From an uncultured virus (IMG/VR IMGVR_UViG_3300032288_004063) (taxonomy: Duplodnaviria > Heunggongvirae > Uroviricota > Caudoviricetes): DNA of 20,000 nt. Of the stretch, positions 1 to 8,038 are shown one piece after another. The position numbers were made by a program, and so were the translations under genes. The number at the start of each line of letters is the position of its first letter. The first letter of the stretch is position 1. Below the pieces are notes generated by a model, which worked only from the letters and a program-made list of their open reading frames with translations, was not told the origin of the DNA and did not search any database. The stretch lies in the IMG/VR virus record IMGVR_UViG_3300032288_004063. One strand, written 5' to 3'.

Positions 1-71
1 CTTGTAGATTTCGTCAAGTCATATATCATTGCGTGTACGGAATTTCCTGATGGTGTGATAGAGATTTCTAA

Positions 72-413
72 ATGACTAGAGTTAAAAATAGGTATGATTG
101 GTATAGGCCAATGACCTTAGGTGAGATAGAGCGTCTTGATAAACTACTGCAGTTGGCTTATACTATGACAGACAATAGACTACAAGGAGTGCAGCTTGAG
201 TATTGGGCTCTATATATGCAAATGTATCCCCATGTAACTCAGCCAAAAGATCTTGCTTGGTTTGTAGACTTTATCGTTAAGATGTGTACACCAGAATTTA
301 TGGAATCGACAGTGAAATGCGTCAAGATTTGTGCCCATATAATTGTCGACCTGATCATACCACACTGTAACTCTTTAAAAAAGAAAAAGAAAAGTTTTGA
401 AAACAATTCATAA
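72..413 (+). CDS. hypothetical phage protein
   Basis: 113-aa ORF, co-oriented with downstream genes; no motif recognised. Confidence 0.6.
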   Translation: MTRVKNRYDWYRPMTLGEIERLDKLLQLAYTMTDNRLQGVQLEYWALYMQMYPHVTQPKDLAWFVDFIVKMCTPEFMESTVKCVKICAHIIVDLIIPHCNSLKKKKKSFENNS

Positions 414-427
414 AATGGAGACTTCAT

Positions 428-817
428 GTGACAACCGAGAATGAAAACAAGCCTACGAATGTACTAAAGTTTCCCAAGCACAAGCAGCCAGTGTCTCTTT
501 CGGCAGCTCAGTCAAAGGAAGAGTTTGTCAAGCAGCTGGGAGAAAACAAGGAACGATACATTGACATGGTTCTCGCTCGCACGATGAATCAACTATATGG
601 TCGTATGGCAGCAGAAGGATTCAATACCGAAGACGATGCATTCTTCACCGACTTCTGCTTCGTCGTGGAAGCATTGAAGTCGGCCATGCTTCGTCAGTGT
701 GGTCTGGAACATTCTCTCCAGAAGTTCGTTGATGAAAACTTTGAAGCCGCACCACAGACGGAAGAAATGGAAGATTATGAAGAGTATATGGGAAAGAATG
801 ATGACGAAGACAAGTAA
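428..817 (+). CDS. hypothetical phage protein (N-terminal NVLKFP motif, acidic tail)
   Basis: GGAG at 417-420 before GTG start; 129-aa ORF directly upstream of rnh. Confidence 0.8.
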   Translation: MTTENENKPTNVLKFPKHKQPVSLSAAQSKEEFVKQLGENKERYIDMVLARTMNQLYGRMAAEGFNTEDDAFFTDFCFVVEALKSAMLRQCGLEHSLQKFVDENFEAAPQTEEMEDYEEYMGKNDDEDK

Positions 818-859
818 AAAGTTCTTGATCTTTCCAACATAATGAAGTAAGATACATTT

Positions 860-1702
860 ATGATTCTTATTGATTATAACCAACTTTGCATTGCCAATCT
901 CATGAAGCAGATTGGTAATTCTCAAAATCTGGAAGAGGGCCTTGTGCGTCACATGGTTCTCAATTCCATTCGTGCAATTTCCAAGAAGTTTCGCAATCAT
1001 GGCGATATAGTAATCGCCTGTGATGGTCCAACTTATTGGCGTCGCGATGTATATCCTCAGTATAAGCAGCATCGCAAGAAGGATCGCGAGAAGTCCGGAC
1101 ACGATTGGACCGCTATCTTCACCATTCTGCACAAGATCCGTGAAGAGATCTCCCAGCATATGCCATACAAGGTCATTCGCGTCGAAGGCGCCGAGGCTGA
1201 CGATATCATTGCCGTGCTGACCAAGAAGTATGCGCCGCATGAGAATATCATGATCGTGTCTTCGGACAAGGATTTCGTTCAGCTTCATGTCAACAAGAGC
1301 GTGAAGCAGTGGTCACCTATTCTTGGTAAGTTTGTCACTACGGATTCTCCGCAGCGCGACAAGCTGGAGCATATTCTGCGAGGTGATAAGGGTGATGGCA
1401 TTCCTAATGCGCTATCCGACGACGATTCTTTCGTGAAGGGCGAACGTCAGAAGACGCTAAATAGCAAGAAACTGGCTGAGTGGTTAGAACTTTCGTATGA
1501 TGACCTCGCTCAGCATAGCCAACTTGGACATGGATTTACTCGTAACAGAATGCTAATCGACCTCGACAACATTCCGACAAATATCTCGCAGGCCATTACT
1601 GATCAATACGAATCCATTGCTCCGAAGCCTCGTGCTGCCATGATCAATTATTTCATGGCATCCAAACTAACCAATCTAATTTCCTCTATTGATGAGTTTT
1701 GA
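860..1702 (+). CDS. rnh: T4-like RNase H / 5'-3' exonuclease (FEN/PIN fold)
   Basis: Motifs MILIDYNQ, IACDG..YWRRDVYPQYK..RK, EADDIIAVL, IVSSDKDFVQL, LRGDKGDGIPN, RNRMLIDL match T4 RNase H. Confidence 0.95.
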   Translation: MILIDYNQLCIANLMKQIGNSQNLEEGLVRHMVLNSIRAISKKFRNHGDIVIACDGPTYWRRDVYPQYKQHRKKDREKSGHDWTAIFTILHKIREEISQHMPYKVIRVEGAEADDIIAVLTKKYAPHENIMIVSSDKDFVQLHVNKSVKQWSPILGKFVTTDSPQRDKLEHILRGDKGDGIPNALSDDDSFVKGERQKTLNSKKLAEWLELSYDDLAQHSQLGHGFTRNRMLIDLDNIPTNISQAITDQYESIAPKPRAAMINYFMASKLTNLISSIDEF

Positions 1703-1704
1703 AA

Positions 1705-2142
1705 ATGATATTGACAATTTCCGAAGTGTTTGAAAAATTTGAAAAGGCGGAAACGGATGCTGATCGCATCAATGTTCTTCGCGCAAACAATACCAGAACC
1801 CTACGCAAGGTTCTCGCCTGTGCATTCAATCCAAACATTCAGTTTACGACTGAAGGACGCTGGCCGAATTGGAAGCCATCGGATGTACCAACTGGCGTAA
1901 CATATTCAGATCTACATCGCGAGTTTGATCGCGTGTATCTGTTTATTGCAAATCATCCAAAGCGTCCTCCGACTCTGGCAGAGAAGCGTTCAAATGAACT
2001 GCTTATCCAGATGCTTGAGATCATGCCTCAAGGTGATGCCATCGTGCTATTGAACATGATGGGCAAGAACCTGAAGGTCAAGGGACTAACGCAAGAAATT
2101 GCTGAAGCTGCATTTCCAAATGTCTTGAACGAGAGTATTTGA
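1705..2142 (+). CDS. conserved T4-like phage protein (probably DUF6433-like)
   Basis: Pattern ISEVFEK..K....RINVLRANN..LRKVL..AFNP...IQMLE...AFP resembles the protein that often follows rnh in T4-like phages (recalled, not searched); alternative TTG start at 1699. Confidence 0.7.
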   Translation: MILTISEVFEKFEKAETDADRINVLRANNTRTLRKVLACAFNPNIQFTTEGRWPNWKPSDVPTGVTYSDLHREFDRVYLFIANHPKRPPTLAEKRSNELLIQMLEIMPQGDAIVLLNMMGKNLKVKGLTQEIAEAAFPNVLNESI

Positions 2143-2172
2143 TTATGATGAACGCAAGAAGGAGCCTTCCAA

Positions 2173-2568
2173 ATGCGAAATCGTACCAAATCAAAGCTAG
2201 CAAAGGAAATGTCTCGCACACATGAAAAGTGCAAATATGTTCCCACGGAAGATGAAGTCATTCGTTGGTTCAATATAATCAATCGTGAGATTTTCAAGAA
2301 TGATCTTCCGCAATTTAGGAAAATTGAAATACGTCGCCGCCATGGTTGTTGGGGTGAGTGTATTGGAGACACTAGCAAGACGAAAGGCAGATACTCTGAT
2401 CTTTCCCTCAACCATTACCAAAAATCCAAAAAGCATTTCATTGAAGTCCTGATACACGAAATGGTTCACCACTATCAATGGATACATGAGAATACAATGA
2501 CACACGGCGAAACATTCTTCTCATGGAAACCAAAGCTCGCCAAATACAACGTCACCCTGACAGCATAA
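2173..2568 (+). CDS. SprT-like zinc metalloprotease domain protein
   Basis: FNIINREIF.N.LP, VLIHEMVHHYQW (HExxH), HGETF; AGGAG RBS at 2160-2164. Confidence 0.85.
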   Translation: MRNRTKSKLAKEMSRTHEKCKYVPTEDEVIRWFNIINREIFKNDLPQFRKIEIRRRHGCWGECIGDTSKTKGRYSDLSLNHYQKSKKHFIEVLIHEMVHHYQWIHENTMTHGETFFSWKPKLAKYNVTLTA

Positions 2569-2586
2569 GGAGTAGAATTATCAAAC

Positions 2587-2754
2587 ATGTCTAAGCGTAA
2601 GTATAATGAGAATTATGAAGAAGATGATGAAATTGACTTTGATGCAGACAAGGCGGTTCGCAAAGCAAAGCGACAGAATTCCAAAAGCCTATTGAAGAAG
2701 TGGCAAGATGCTGAAGAAGATGATGAATATGACGATGAATTTTACGCCAGATAA
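2587..2754 (+). CDS. small acidic/basic hypothetical protein (55 aa, not in ORF track)
   Basis: MSKRKYNENYEEDDEIDFDADKAVRKAKRQNSKSLLKKWQDAEEDDEYDDEFYAR; fills the gap between neighbours; AAGGAG upstream. Confidence 0.7.
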   Translation: MSKRKYNENYEEDDEIDFDADKAVRKAKRQNSKSLLKKWQDAEEDDEYDDEFYAR

Positions 2755-2755
2755 A

Positions 2756-3025
2756 ATGATAATTCTAAACGAGGTCATTGTTGATCCAAAGACCTCAGAA
2801 ATGCATACGCGCCGAATGCTTGTTCGCGCATCCGATGTGATTCAGGCATATGAAAGAAACACAAAACGTAATACATACGTTCATGTCGTGCTAAGAAATG
2901 CCACGGGAGCATCAAACATCATTGAGGTGCAGGAGACTCTGGCTCAGATCATGACGCGAGTCAATATGAATTGGGATTCAGATTCCAATCATCTTGATCC
3001 AGAATACAAGGAAATGTATTACTAA
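2756..3025 (+). CDS. hypothetical protein, weak FlbD-like pattern
   Basis: MIILNEV...MLVRASDVIQAYE...IIEVQETLAQIM; starts 1 nt after the upstream stop. Confidence 0.6.
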   Translation: MIILNEVIVDPKTSEMHTRRMLVRASDVIQAYERNTKRNTYVHVVLRNATGASNIIEVQETLAQIMTRVNMNWDSDSNHLDPEYKEMYY

Positions 3026-3342
3026 AAGGATTCGTTATCGTCCGACGGGAAGATAGGATCAAGAGGTTCATAATATCCGTAATGATTCTTGTAGCTAGAC
3101 TCTCTGAGTCTATCAAGATGAACTTCGGATAAATTGTTTCGGCGAACTGCTTCTCTGCGCTTTTGTTCCTGTTCGGGAGTAAACTTTTGCATACCACGAT
3201 TTTTAGCAGCACAAGGCTTGGAACAGAATCTCGCCTTGGTACGAGTAGTAAACTCAGCATCACAGTACTGACAAACTTTCGTTGTGCGTGATGTTGCAGG
3301 ACGACCAACAGGACGATTTGTTTTGACGTAATATTTTCCCAT
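3022..3342 (-). CDS. zinc-finger protein (CxxC...FCSxxC)
   Basis: MGKYYVK...VCQYCDAEFTTRTKARFCSKPCAA; likely start is ATG at 3342, just downstream of a CATAAATA box. Confidence 0.7.
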   Translation of the reverse strand: MGKYYVKTNRPVGRPATSRTTKVCQYCDAEFTTRTKARFCSKPCAAKNRGMQKFTPEQEQKRREAVRRNNLSEVHLDRLRESSYKNHYGYYEPLDPIFPSDDNESF

Positions 3343-3347
3343 GGAGA

Positions 3348-3355
3348 TATTTATG
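3348..3355 (-). promoter_or_regulatory. T4-type late-promoter-like box CATAAATA
   Basis: Plus-strand tatttatg; 1 mismatch to TATAAATA; 5 nt upstream of the minus-strand ATG. Confidence 0.5.
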
Positions 3356-3544
3356 ATAGACGATAGAATGTTTATAGATAGAATTGCACGTTCAATGTAT
3401 GTCATGAAGCTTGGTCTTGCTGATGATGCATGGGACAAGCTGAATGATGAAGCCAAGAGGTTTTGGCGAAGCGAAGTCGAGCAGTTCATTGCGGCTACAA
3501 ATCATGCGAATATTGCACTCTACGATTCGATGGATGTAAGATGA
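3353..3544 (+). CDS. hypothetical protein
   Basis: GGAG at 3343-3346, ATG at 3353; ATGA overlap with next gene. Confidence 0.65.
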   Translation: MIDDRMFIDRIARSMYVMKLGLADDAWDKLNDEAKRFWRSEVEQFIAATNHANIALYDSMDVR

Positions 3545-3789
3545 ACAAGAAACAAACCGAACATCTGCTTGAAGTTTGTGATTCGATTTTGGATTTGATG
3601 GAGAATTTTTCTCCACACAATTTTGAAGCTTCCAAACACAGCTTCATGTTTACGATGATGTATGACATGATGCTCACTTCGATTGTAGTCATGCAAAATA
3701 CCCTGTATTTGCATCACGATATGTTGGAAGAAAATGAAATAAAGAACACGCCGCCAACGTTAGATACACATACTGCAATGGATGACTAA
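3541..3789 (+). CDS. hypothetical protein
   Basis: MNKKQTEHLLEVCD...; coupled to both neighbours. Confidence 0.65.
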   Translation: MNKKQTEHLLEVCDSILDLMENFSPHNFEASKHSFMFTMMYDMMLTSIVVMQNTLYLHHDMLEENEIKNTPPTLDTHTAMDD

Positions 3790-3962
3790 TGCATCTACTA
3801 GAACTAACCAAGATTGTAGACGATACTTTTCAGCGCACGATCAAGTTCAATCCCGATGGGAGTGTAGGTCATAATTTAGATAGGGATGTCTTTCGCGTTA
3901 TTGCCATAGCCGTCGCAGCAGATATACTAGATAGGCATACGGTCACAAAAAAGGAAGACTAG
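3789..3962 (+). CDS. hypothetical protein (57 aa, not in ORF track)
   Basis: MHLLELTKIVDDTFQRTIKF...TKKED; TAATG overlap with upstream stop. Confidence 0.6.
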   Translation: MHLLELTKIVDDTFQRTIKFNPDGSVGHNLDRDVFRVIAIAVAADILDRHTVTKKED

Positions 3963-3963
3963 A

Positions 3964-4146
3964 ATGAAACGTCTATATGTGCTTTCTCTTCTATTTCTTG
4001 GTGGATGCTACGTTCATTATCCATACTATCACCCACGAAGATACTATCATCCTCCAGTAATGCATTACCGCGCACCGATTTGCCATACACAGTATTACTG
4101 GAATCCATATACGCGCAATTACTATCCAAGAAGACATTGCTATTGA
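3964..4146 (+). CDS. putative small lipoprotein, Tyr/His/Pro/Arg-rich
   Basis: MKR + hydrophobic stretch + lipobox LGG-C; AAGGA upstream. Confidence 0.7.
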   Translation: MKRLYVLSLLFLGGCYVHYPYYHPRRYYHPPVMHYRAPICHTQYYWNPYTRNYYPRRHCY

Positions 4147-4238
4147 CATTTTTTGAATTTTGCGTTATAACTCTTGTTGTAGGATTTGTTTTATCCTTGA
4201 TACTATTCGTGATCATTGGAGTGGAAAAAAATGATTGA
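4143..4238 (+). CDS. possible 31-aa single-TM peptide
   Basis: TTG start overlapping upstream stop; FCVITLVVGFVLSLILFVIIGV is hydrophobic; same DNA also reads TTGACA-N17-TATAAC. Confidence 0.4.
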   Translation: MTFFEFCVITLVVGFVLSLILFVIIGVEKND

Positions 4239-4392
4239 GAAGCGAAAAGTGGAAATCAGCATGGATGAATTCTATGAGGCAGTTCGCCTGTTCATCCATG
4301 ATACCAAGAAAATCGTCATGCCAATGGAAAGATCCAAAGTCAAGATGGACGCCACAGAACACAAACTGACCTTTGAGTGGGAACTCAAATAA
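4231..4392 (+). CDS. hypothetical protein (53 aa, not in ORF track)
   Basis: MIEKRKVEISMDEFYEAVRLFIHD...FEWELK; GGAG upstream. Confidence 0.6.
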   Translation: MIEKRKVEISMDEFYEAVRLFIHDTKKIVMPMERSKVKMDATEHKLTFEWELK

Positions 4393-4396
4393 GTAG

Positions 4397-4425
4397 TTGA
4401 CATATTCAACGAACCAAGATATAAT
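4397..4425 (+). promoter_or_regulatory. sigma70-type early promoter
   Basis: Perfect TTGACA (4397-4402)-N17-TATAAT (4420-4425). Confidence 0.9.
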
Positions 4426-4455
4426 CTGAATACAAACTCAATAAGGAGAAGTGGA

Positions 4456-4815
4456 ATGAAGACTTTCAAGAACATGGCTGCGCAGGGTGATTTCATCATC
4501 ATGCGCGTGGACAATCTTCCCAAGGGACTTGAGAAGATCGATCCAAAGAACAACACCTATACGGTGGCACACTCGGAGACTGGTCATGACCACGTGATGG
4601 TCATGGAGCGTCCTGGCACCGTCGAGGCTTTCAAGGAGAAGGGTGCCAGCGACGTTGATCTCTATGAGATGTTTCTGCTGGTAACGGAGGATACTCCGAT
4701 TGAGCATAGGCGCGCATGGGACACCCATGAGACTCTGCTTGTTCCTCCTGGAAAGTACAAGATCCGTCGTCAGCGTGAGTATGTGCCGGAGGGTTTCCGC
4801 AAGGCTGCTGACTGA
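4456..4815 (+). CDS. His-rich conserved protein (QGD...HSETGHxH...H..H...RRQREY), partner gene of DUF6745-like proteins
   Basis: AAGGAG RBS; motif set recalled from proteins encoded next to DUF6745 genes; probable metal-binding His cluster (inference). Confidence 0.8.
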   Translation: MKTFKNMAAQGDFIIMRVDNLPKGLEKIDPKNNTYTVAHSETGHDHVMVMERPGTVEAFKEKGASDVDLYEMFLLVTEDTPIEHRRAWDTHETLLVPPGKYKIRRQREYVPEGFRKAAD

Positions 4816-4882
4816 TCCTGAATTCCTGAGCGATGTTTGCTTAGAGCGGTTGGAGAATTAGTTCTCGCGAACCGCATTTTTT
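4806..4882. other. structured element copy 1 (hairpin with U-tract on + strand, may also terminate)
   Basis: TTAGA-GCGGTT-G-GAGAA-ttag-TTCTC-GCG-AACCGC-ATTTTTT; related copy at 9208-9266. Confidence 0.6.
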
Positions 4883-4886
4883 CTGC

Positions 4887-4915
4887 TTGACAATACCAAT
4901 CATACATCGTATCAT
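4887..4915 (+). promoter_or_regulatory. sigma70-type early promoter
   Basis: TTGACA (4887-4892)-N17-TATCAT (4910-4915). Confidence 0.8.
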
Positions 4916-4944
4916 ACATTCACACTAATCATACAGAGGAAAAC

Positions 4945-5808
4945 ATGACGAAGAAGCTTACCAGTCTTACCAAGAACCAGACCGAGGCGATGCCGAAGTA
5001 TGTCACTAAGTGGGTTGACATTGGCCTTTCCACGGAGCCTGTGGATTTCGAGAAGGCCAAGGGTCTCGTAGCAAAGGCATATACTGCCGTTGGTCTTCCT
5101 GAGCCAAAGAAGTATCATTTCGCGAAGGGTCCAGATGAGGGCTTTAAGATCTTCAAGAAGCGTTCTGGCAACAAGAGCCGTTCGGACTATACGGCTGGTT
5201 GCATGTTCGGTTCGATGGAAGCTTCTTGGCTTTCCTATTACGATTACTATCGTAACGAGACCAATATCGAACTGACTGACATCAGCTATATGCAGGAGCT
5301 GGCTCGGAACTGTGGCTGGGTTTACTGTGGCGAGACCGAGGCGATTATTCATGATCGTCCCGAGGTCATCAAGTTTGATGACCGTCGTCTGTCTCATTGC
5401 GAGACTGGTCCGGCAATTCGGTATCGCGATGGCTTTGAGATCTATTCGTGGCATGGTCTGACCATTCCTGACGAGTGGATCAAGGACCGCAAGAGCCTGA
5501 CCGCGAAGGTTGCTCTTGGTCAGACCAACGCGGAGCTGCGTCGTGCTGCGTGTGAGATCCTGGGTTGGGCTAATGTCATCGATCAGCTTGATTCGACGGT
5601 GATTGATGAGGATGCTGATGAGATGATCGGCACTCTGCTGGAAGTCAATATTCCAGACATTGGCAAGGAGAAGTTTCTTTTCGTGAAGTGTGGCACGGGA
5701 CGTAACTTTGCGCTTCCTGTTCCGCCAGACATGAAGACTGCTCTTGAGGCTAACGCCTGGACGTATGGTCTGAAGCCCGCTGAGTATGTTCCAGAGGTTC
5801 GTACCTGA
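4945..5808 (+). CDS. DUF6745-like domain protein
   Basis: KW..IGLSTEP.D...A...Y..VGL.EP; WLSYYDYY; DRPE....D...SHCETGPAIRYRDGF..YSWHG; NAELRR; C-terminal VKCGTGR.FALPVPP..TALEANAWTYGL...EY.P..RT. Confidence 0.8.
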   Translation: MTKKLTSLTKNQTEAMPKYVTKWVDIGLSTEPVDFEKAKGLVAKAYTAVGLPEPKKYHFAKGPDEGFKIFKKRSGNKSRSDYTAGCMFGSMEASWLSYYDYYRNETNIELTDISYMQELARNCGWVYCGETEAIIHDRPEVIKFDDRRLSHCETGPAIRYRDGFEIYSWHGLTIPDEWIKDRKSLTAKVALGQTNAELRRAACEILGWANVIDQLDSTVIDEDADEMIGTLLEVNIPDIGKEKFLFVKCGTGRNFALPVPPDMKTALEANAWTYGLKPAEYVPEVRT

Positions 5809-5821
5809 GTGAGGGTGAGGG

Positions 5822-5851
5822 AAACAGCGGCGAAAGCCGCTGTTTTCTTTT
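5822..5851 (+). terminator. intrinsic terminator
   Basis: AAACAGCGGC-GAAA-GCCGCTGTTT followed by TCTTTT. Confidence 0.85.
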
Positions 5852-5856
5852 GTGTC

Positions 5857-6027
5857 ATGAAGTCAGTCATAGATCAAGTCTTCGATCAAGTCAGAGATCA
5901 AGTCTTCGATCAAGTCAGAGATCAAGTCGAGAGTCAAGCCTGGTATCAAGTCGGGGATCAAGTCTTGAGTCAAGTCTTGCATCAAGTCTGGGATCAAGTC
6001 TTCTCCAAAGCGAGAACTGAATCATGA
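5857..6027 (+). CDS. QV-repeat miniprotein A1
   Basis: MKSVIDQVFDQV...KARTES; no RBS, directly after terminator. Confidence 0.6.
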   Translation: MKSVIDQVFDQVRDQVFDQVRDQVESQAWYQVGDQVLSQVLHQVWDQVFSKARTES

Positions 6028-6194
6028 AATCAGTCAAAGATCAAATCTGTAGCCAACTCGATGACCAAGTCTCAAATCAAGTCTTGCGTCAAGTCTTGTT
6101 TCAAGTCTACATACAAGTCTTTGATCAAGTCAGGTTTCAAGTCTGGATTCAAGTTGGACGTAAAGTCTTGTCCAAAGCGAGAACTGAATCATGA
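6024..6194 (+). CDS. QV-repeat miniprotein A2 (not in ORF track)
   Basis: MKSVKDQICSQL...QVWIQVGRKVLSKARTES. Confidence 0.7.
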   Translation: MKSVKDQICSQLDDQVSNQVLRQVLFQVYIQVFDQVRFQVWIQVGRKVLSKARTES

Positions 6195-6385
6195 AATCAG
6201 TCGAACATCAAGTAAAGAAACAAGTCTATTATCAAGTCGATGATCAAGTCAGGCGTCAAGTCGGGCGTCAAATCTGGAATCAAGTCTATCGTCAAGTCGG
6301 AGATCAAGTCTATCATCAATTCGGAGAACAAGTCGTGCGTAAAGTCTGGCATCAAGTCTGGCATAAAAAGAGATCCAAATCATGA
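6191..6385 (+). CDS. QV-repeat miniprotein A3
   Basis: MKSVEHQV...; ATGA coupled. Confidence 0.7.
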   Translation: MKSVEHQVKKQVYYQVDDQVRRQVGRQIWNQVYRQVGDQVYHQFGEQVVRKVWHQVWHKKRSKS

Positions 6386-6576
6386 AATCAGTCAGAGATC
6401 AAGTCAGAGATCAAGTCGAGAGTCAAGTCTTCGAACAAGTCGGGGATCAAGTTAGAGATCAAGTCGAGAGTCAAGTCTGGTATCAAGTCGGGGATCAAGT
6501 CGGGGATCAAGTCTTGAGTCAAGTCTGGAATAGAATTGAGCGTAGAGTCTGGGACAAAGCGAGATTCAAACAATGA
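6382..6576 (+). CDS. QV-repeat miniprotein A4
   Basis: MKSVRDQV...KARFKQ. Confidence 0.7.
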   Translation: MKSVRDQVRDQVESQVFEQVGDQVRDQVESQVWYQVGDQVGDQVLSQVWNRIERRVWDKARFKQ

Positions 6577-6755
6577 ATTCAGTCATAGATCAAATCAAAG
6601 ATCAAGTTGCGGATCATGTCTATGATCAAGTCTTGAATCAAGTCACTGGTCAAGTCTATTACCAAGTCCAAAATCAAGTCTGGTATCAAATCGAGGTTCA
6701 AGTCGGCAGTCAAGTCAGATATCAAATTTCGGATAAAACGAGTGCTGAAGCATGA
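6573..6755 (+). CDS. QV-repeat miniprotein A5
   Basis: MNSVIDQI...KTSAEA. Confidence 0.7.
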   Translation: MNSVIDQIKDQVADHVYDQVLNQVTGQVYYQVQNQVWYQIEVQVGSQVRYQISDKTSAEA

Positions 6756-6934
6756 AATCAGTCATAAAACAAGTCAGAGGAAAAGTCTGGAATCAAGTCT
6801 TTGATCAAGTCGAGCGTCAAGTCACGGATGAAGTCGAGGATCAAGTCTGCGATCAAGTCAGAAATCAAATCACGGATCAAGTCGGGGATCAAGTCTGGCT
6901 TGAAGTCTTGCATAAAGCGAGAACCCATCCATGA
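6752..6934 (+). CDS. QV-repeat miniprotein A6
   Basis: MKSVIKQV...KARTHP. Confidence 0.7.
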   Translation: MKSVIKQVRGKVWNQVFDQVERQVTDEVEDQVCDQVRNQITDQVGDQVWLEVLHKARTHP

Positions 6935-7137
6935 AATCGGTCAAAGATCAAGTCTGGATTCGAGTCGCGGAACAAGTCTCATGTCAAGTCTTGCATCAAG
7001 TCTTGCATCAAGTCTATTATCAAGTCTGGAATCAAGTCCAAAATAAAATCTGGCATCAAGTCGAGAATCAAGTCTTGGATCAAGTCTGGTCTAAAGTCTG
7101 GATTCAATCCTCGGAAGAAACGAAAATCGAACCATGA
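6931..7137 (+). CDS. QV-repeat miniprotein A7
   Basis: MKSVKDQV...EETKIEP. Confidence 0.7.
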   Translation: MKSVKDQVWIRVAEQVSCQVLHQVLHQVYYQVWNQVQNKIWHQVENQVLDQVWSKVWIQSSEETKIEP

Positions 7138-7340
7138 AATCAGTCAAAGATCAAGTCTTGAATCAAGTCGGAAATCAAGTCTGGAGTCAATTCTATGGTC
7201 CAGTCGAACATAAAGTCTTGATTCAAGTCAGGAATCAAGTCTGGGATAAAGTCGAGCGTCAAGTTTGGCGGGAAGTCAACCATAAAGTCGAGATTCAGGT
7301 CAGGGGTGAAGGCCGGTCCAAAGCGAGAACCGAACCATGA
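7134..7340 (+). CDS. QV-repeat miniprotein A8
   Basis: MKSVKDQV...KARTEP. Confidence 0.7.
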   Translation: MKSVKDQVLNQVGNQVWSQFYGPVEHKVLIQVRNQVWDKVERQVWREVNHKVEIQVRGEGRSKARTEP

Positions 7341-7513
7341 AATCAGTCAAAAGTCAATTCTATGATCAAGTCTGGAATCAAGTCGGGGATCAAGTCTGGA
7401 ATCAGGTCGTGCATCAAGTCTCGTCAGATGATCAAGTCTTGGATCAAGTCGGGGATCAAGTCCTGAGTCAAGTCTTGACTAAAGTCGAGTATAAAGTAAG
7501 AACCAAATTATGA
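7337..7513 (+). CDS. QV-repeat miniprotein A9 (not in ORF track)
   Basis: MKSVKSQFYDQV...KVRTKL. Confidence 0.7.
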   Translation: MKSVKSQFYDQVWNQVGDQVWNQVVHQVSSDDQVLDQVGDQVLSQVLTKVEYKVRTKL

Positions 7514-7704
7514 AATCAGTTAATGACAAAGTCTATAATCAAGTCAGGCGTCAAGTCAGGCGTCAAGTCTATGTTCAAGTCTCGCGTAAAGTCTTGGATC
7601 AAGTTGAGGAACAAGTCTGGGATCAAGTCTATGGTCAAACCTTGCTTCAAGTCTATTGGGAAGTCGTGCGTAAAGTCGTGACTAAAGTGAGTGCCGAACC
7701 ATGA
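7510..7704 (+). CDS. QV-repeat miniprotein A10
   Basis: MKSVNDKV...KVSAEP. Confidence 0.7.
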   Translation: MKSVNDKVYNQVRRQVRRQVYVQVSRKVLDQVEEQVWDQVYGQTLLQVYWEVVRKVVTKVSAEP

Positions 7705-7883
7705 ATTCAGTCAGAAACAAAGTCTGGTATGATGTCTTGGATGAAGTCCGGGATAAAATCGAGGAACAAGTCTGGGATCAAGTCTGGTATCAAATCTGGG
7801 ATCAAGTCTGGAATCAAGTCGAGGAACAAGTCTGGGATCAAGTTCATGATAAAGTCTTGGATAAAGCGAAAACCGAACCATGA
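7701..7883 (+). CDS. QV-repeat miniprotein A11
   Basis: MNSVRNKV...KAKTEP. Confidence 0.7.
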   Translation: MNSVRNKVWYDVLDEVRDKIEEQVWDQVWYQIWDQVWNQVEEQVWDQVHDKVLDKAKTEP

Positions 7884-8038
7884 AATCAGTCAGAAACCAA
7901 GTCTATCATCAAGTCAGATATCAAGTCTGGGATCAAGTCTATGATCAAGTCTCAAATCGAGTTTTTAATCAAGTTGCGAATCAAGTCGTGGATAAAGTCA
8001 ATGATCAAATCTGGGATAAAGTGAGAACCGAACCATGA
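7880..8038 (+). CDS. QV-repeat miniprotein A12 (not in ORF track)
   Basis: MKSVRNQVYHQV...KVRTEP. Confidence 0.7.
   Translation: MKSVRNQVYHQVRYQVWDQVYDQVSNRVFNQVANQVVDKVNDQIWDKVRTEP

Noticed and set aside
593..1288. 231-aa minus-strand ORF
   Set aside because: Antisense shadow of rnh and the upstream gene; no motif.
2708..2755. Upstream extensions in the ORF track (2708, 3489, 10359, 11928, 14041 and similar)
   Set aside because: They overlap other genes or promoters; internal ATGs with RBS or coupling are better supported.
4912..5454. 180-aa minus-strand ORF
   Set aside because: Antisense to the DUF6745-like gene; no independent support.
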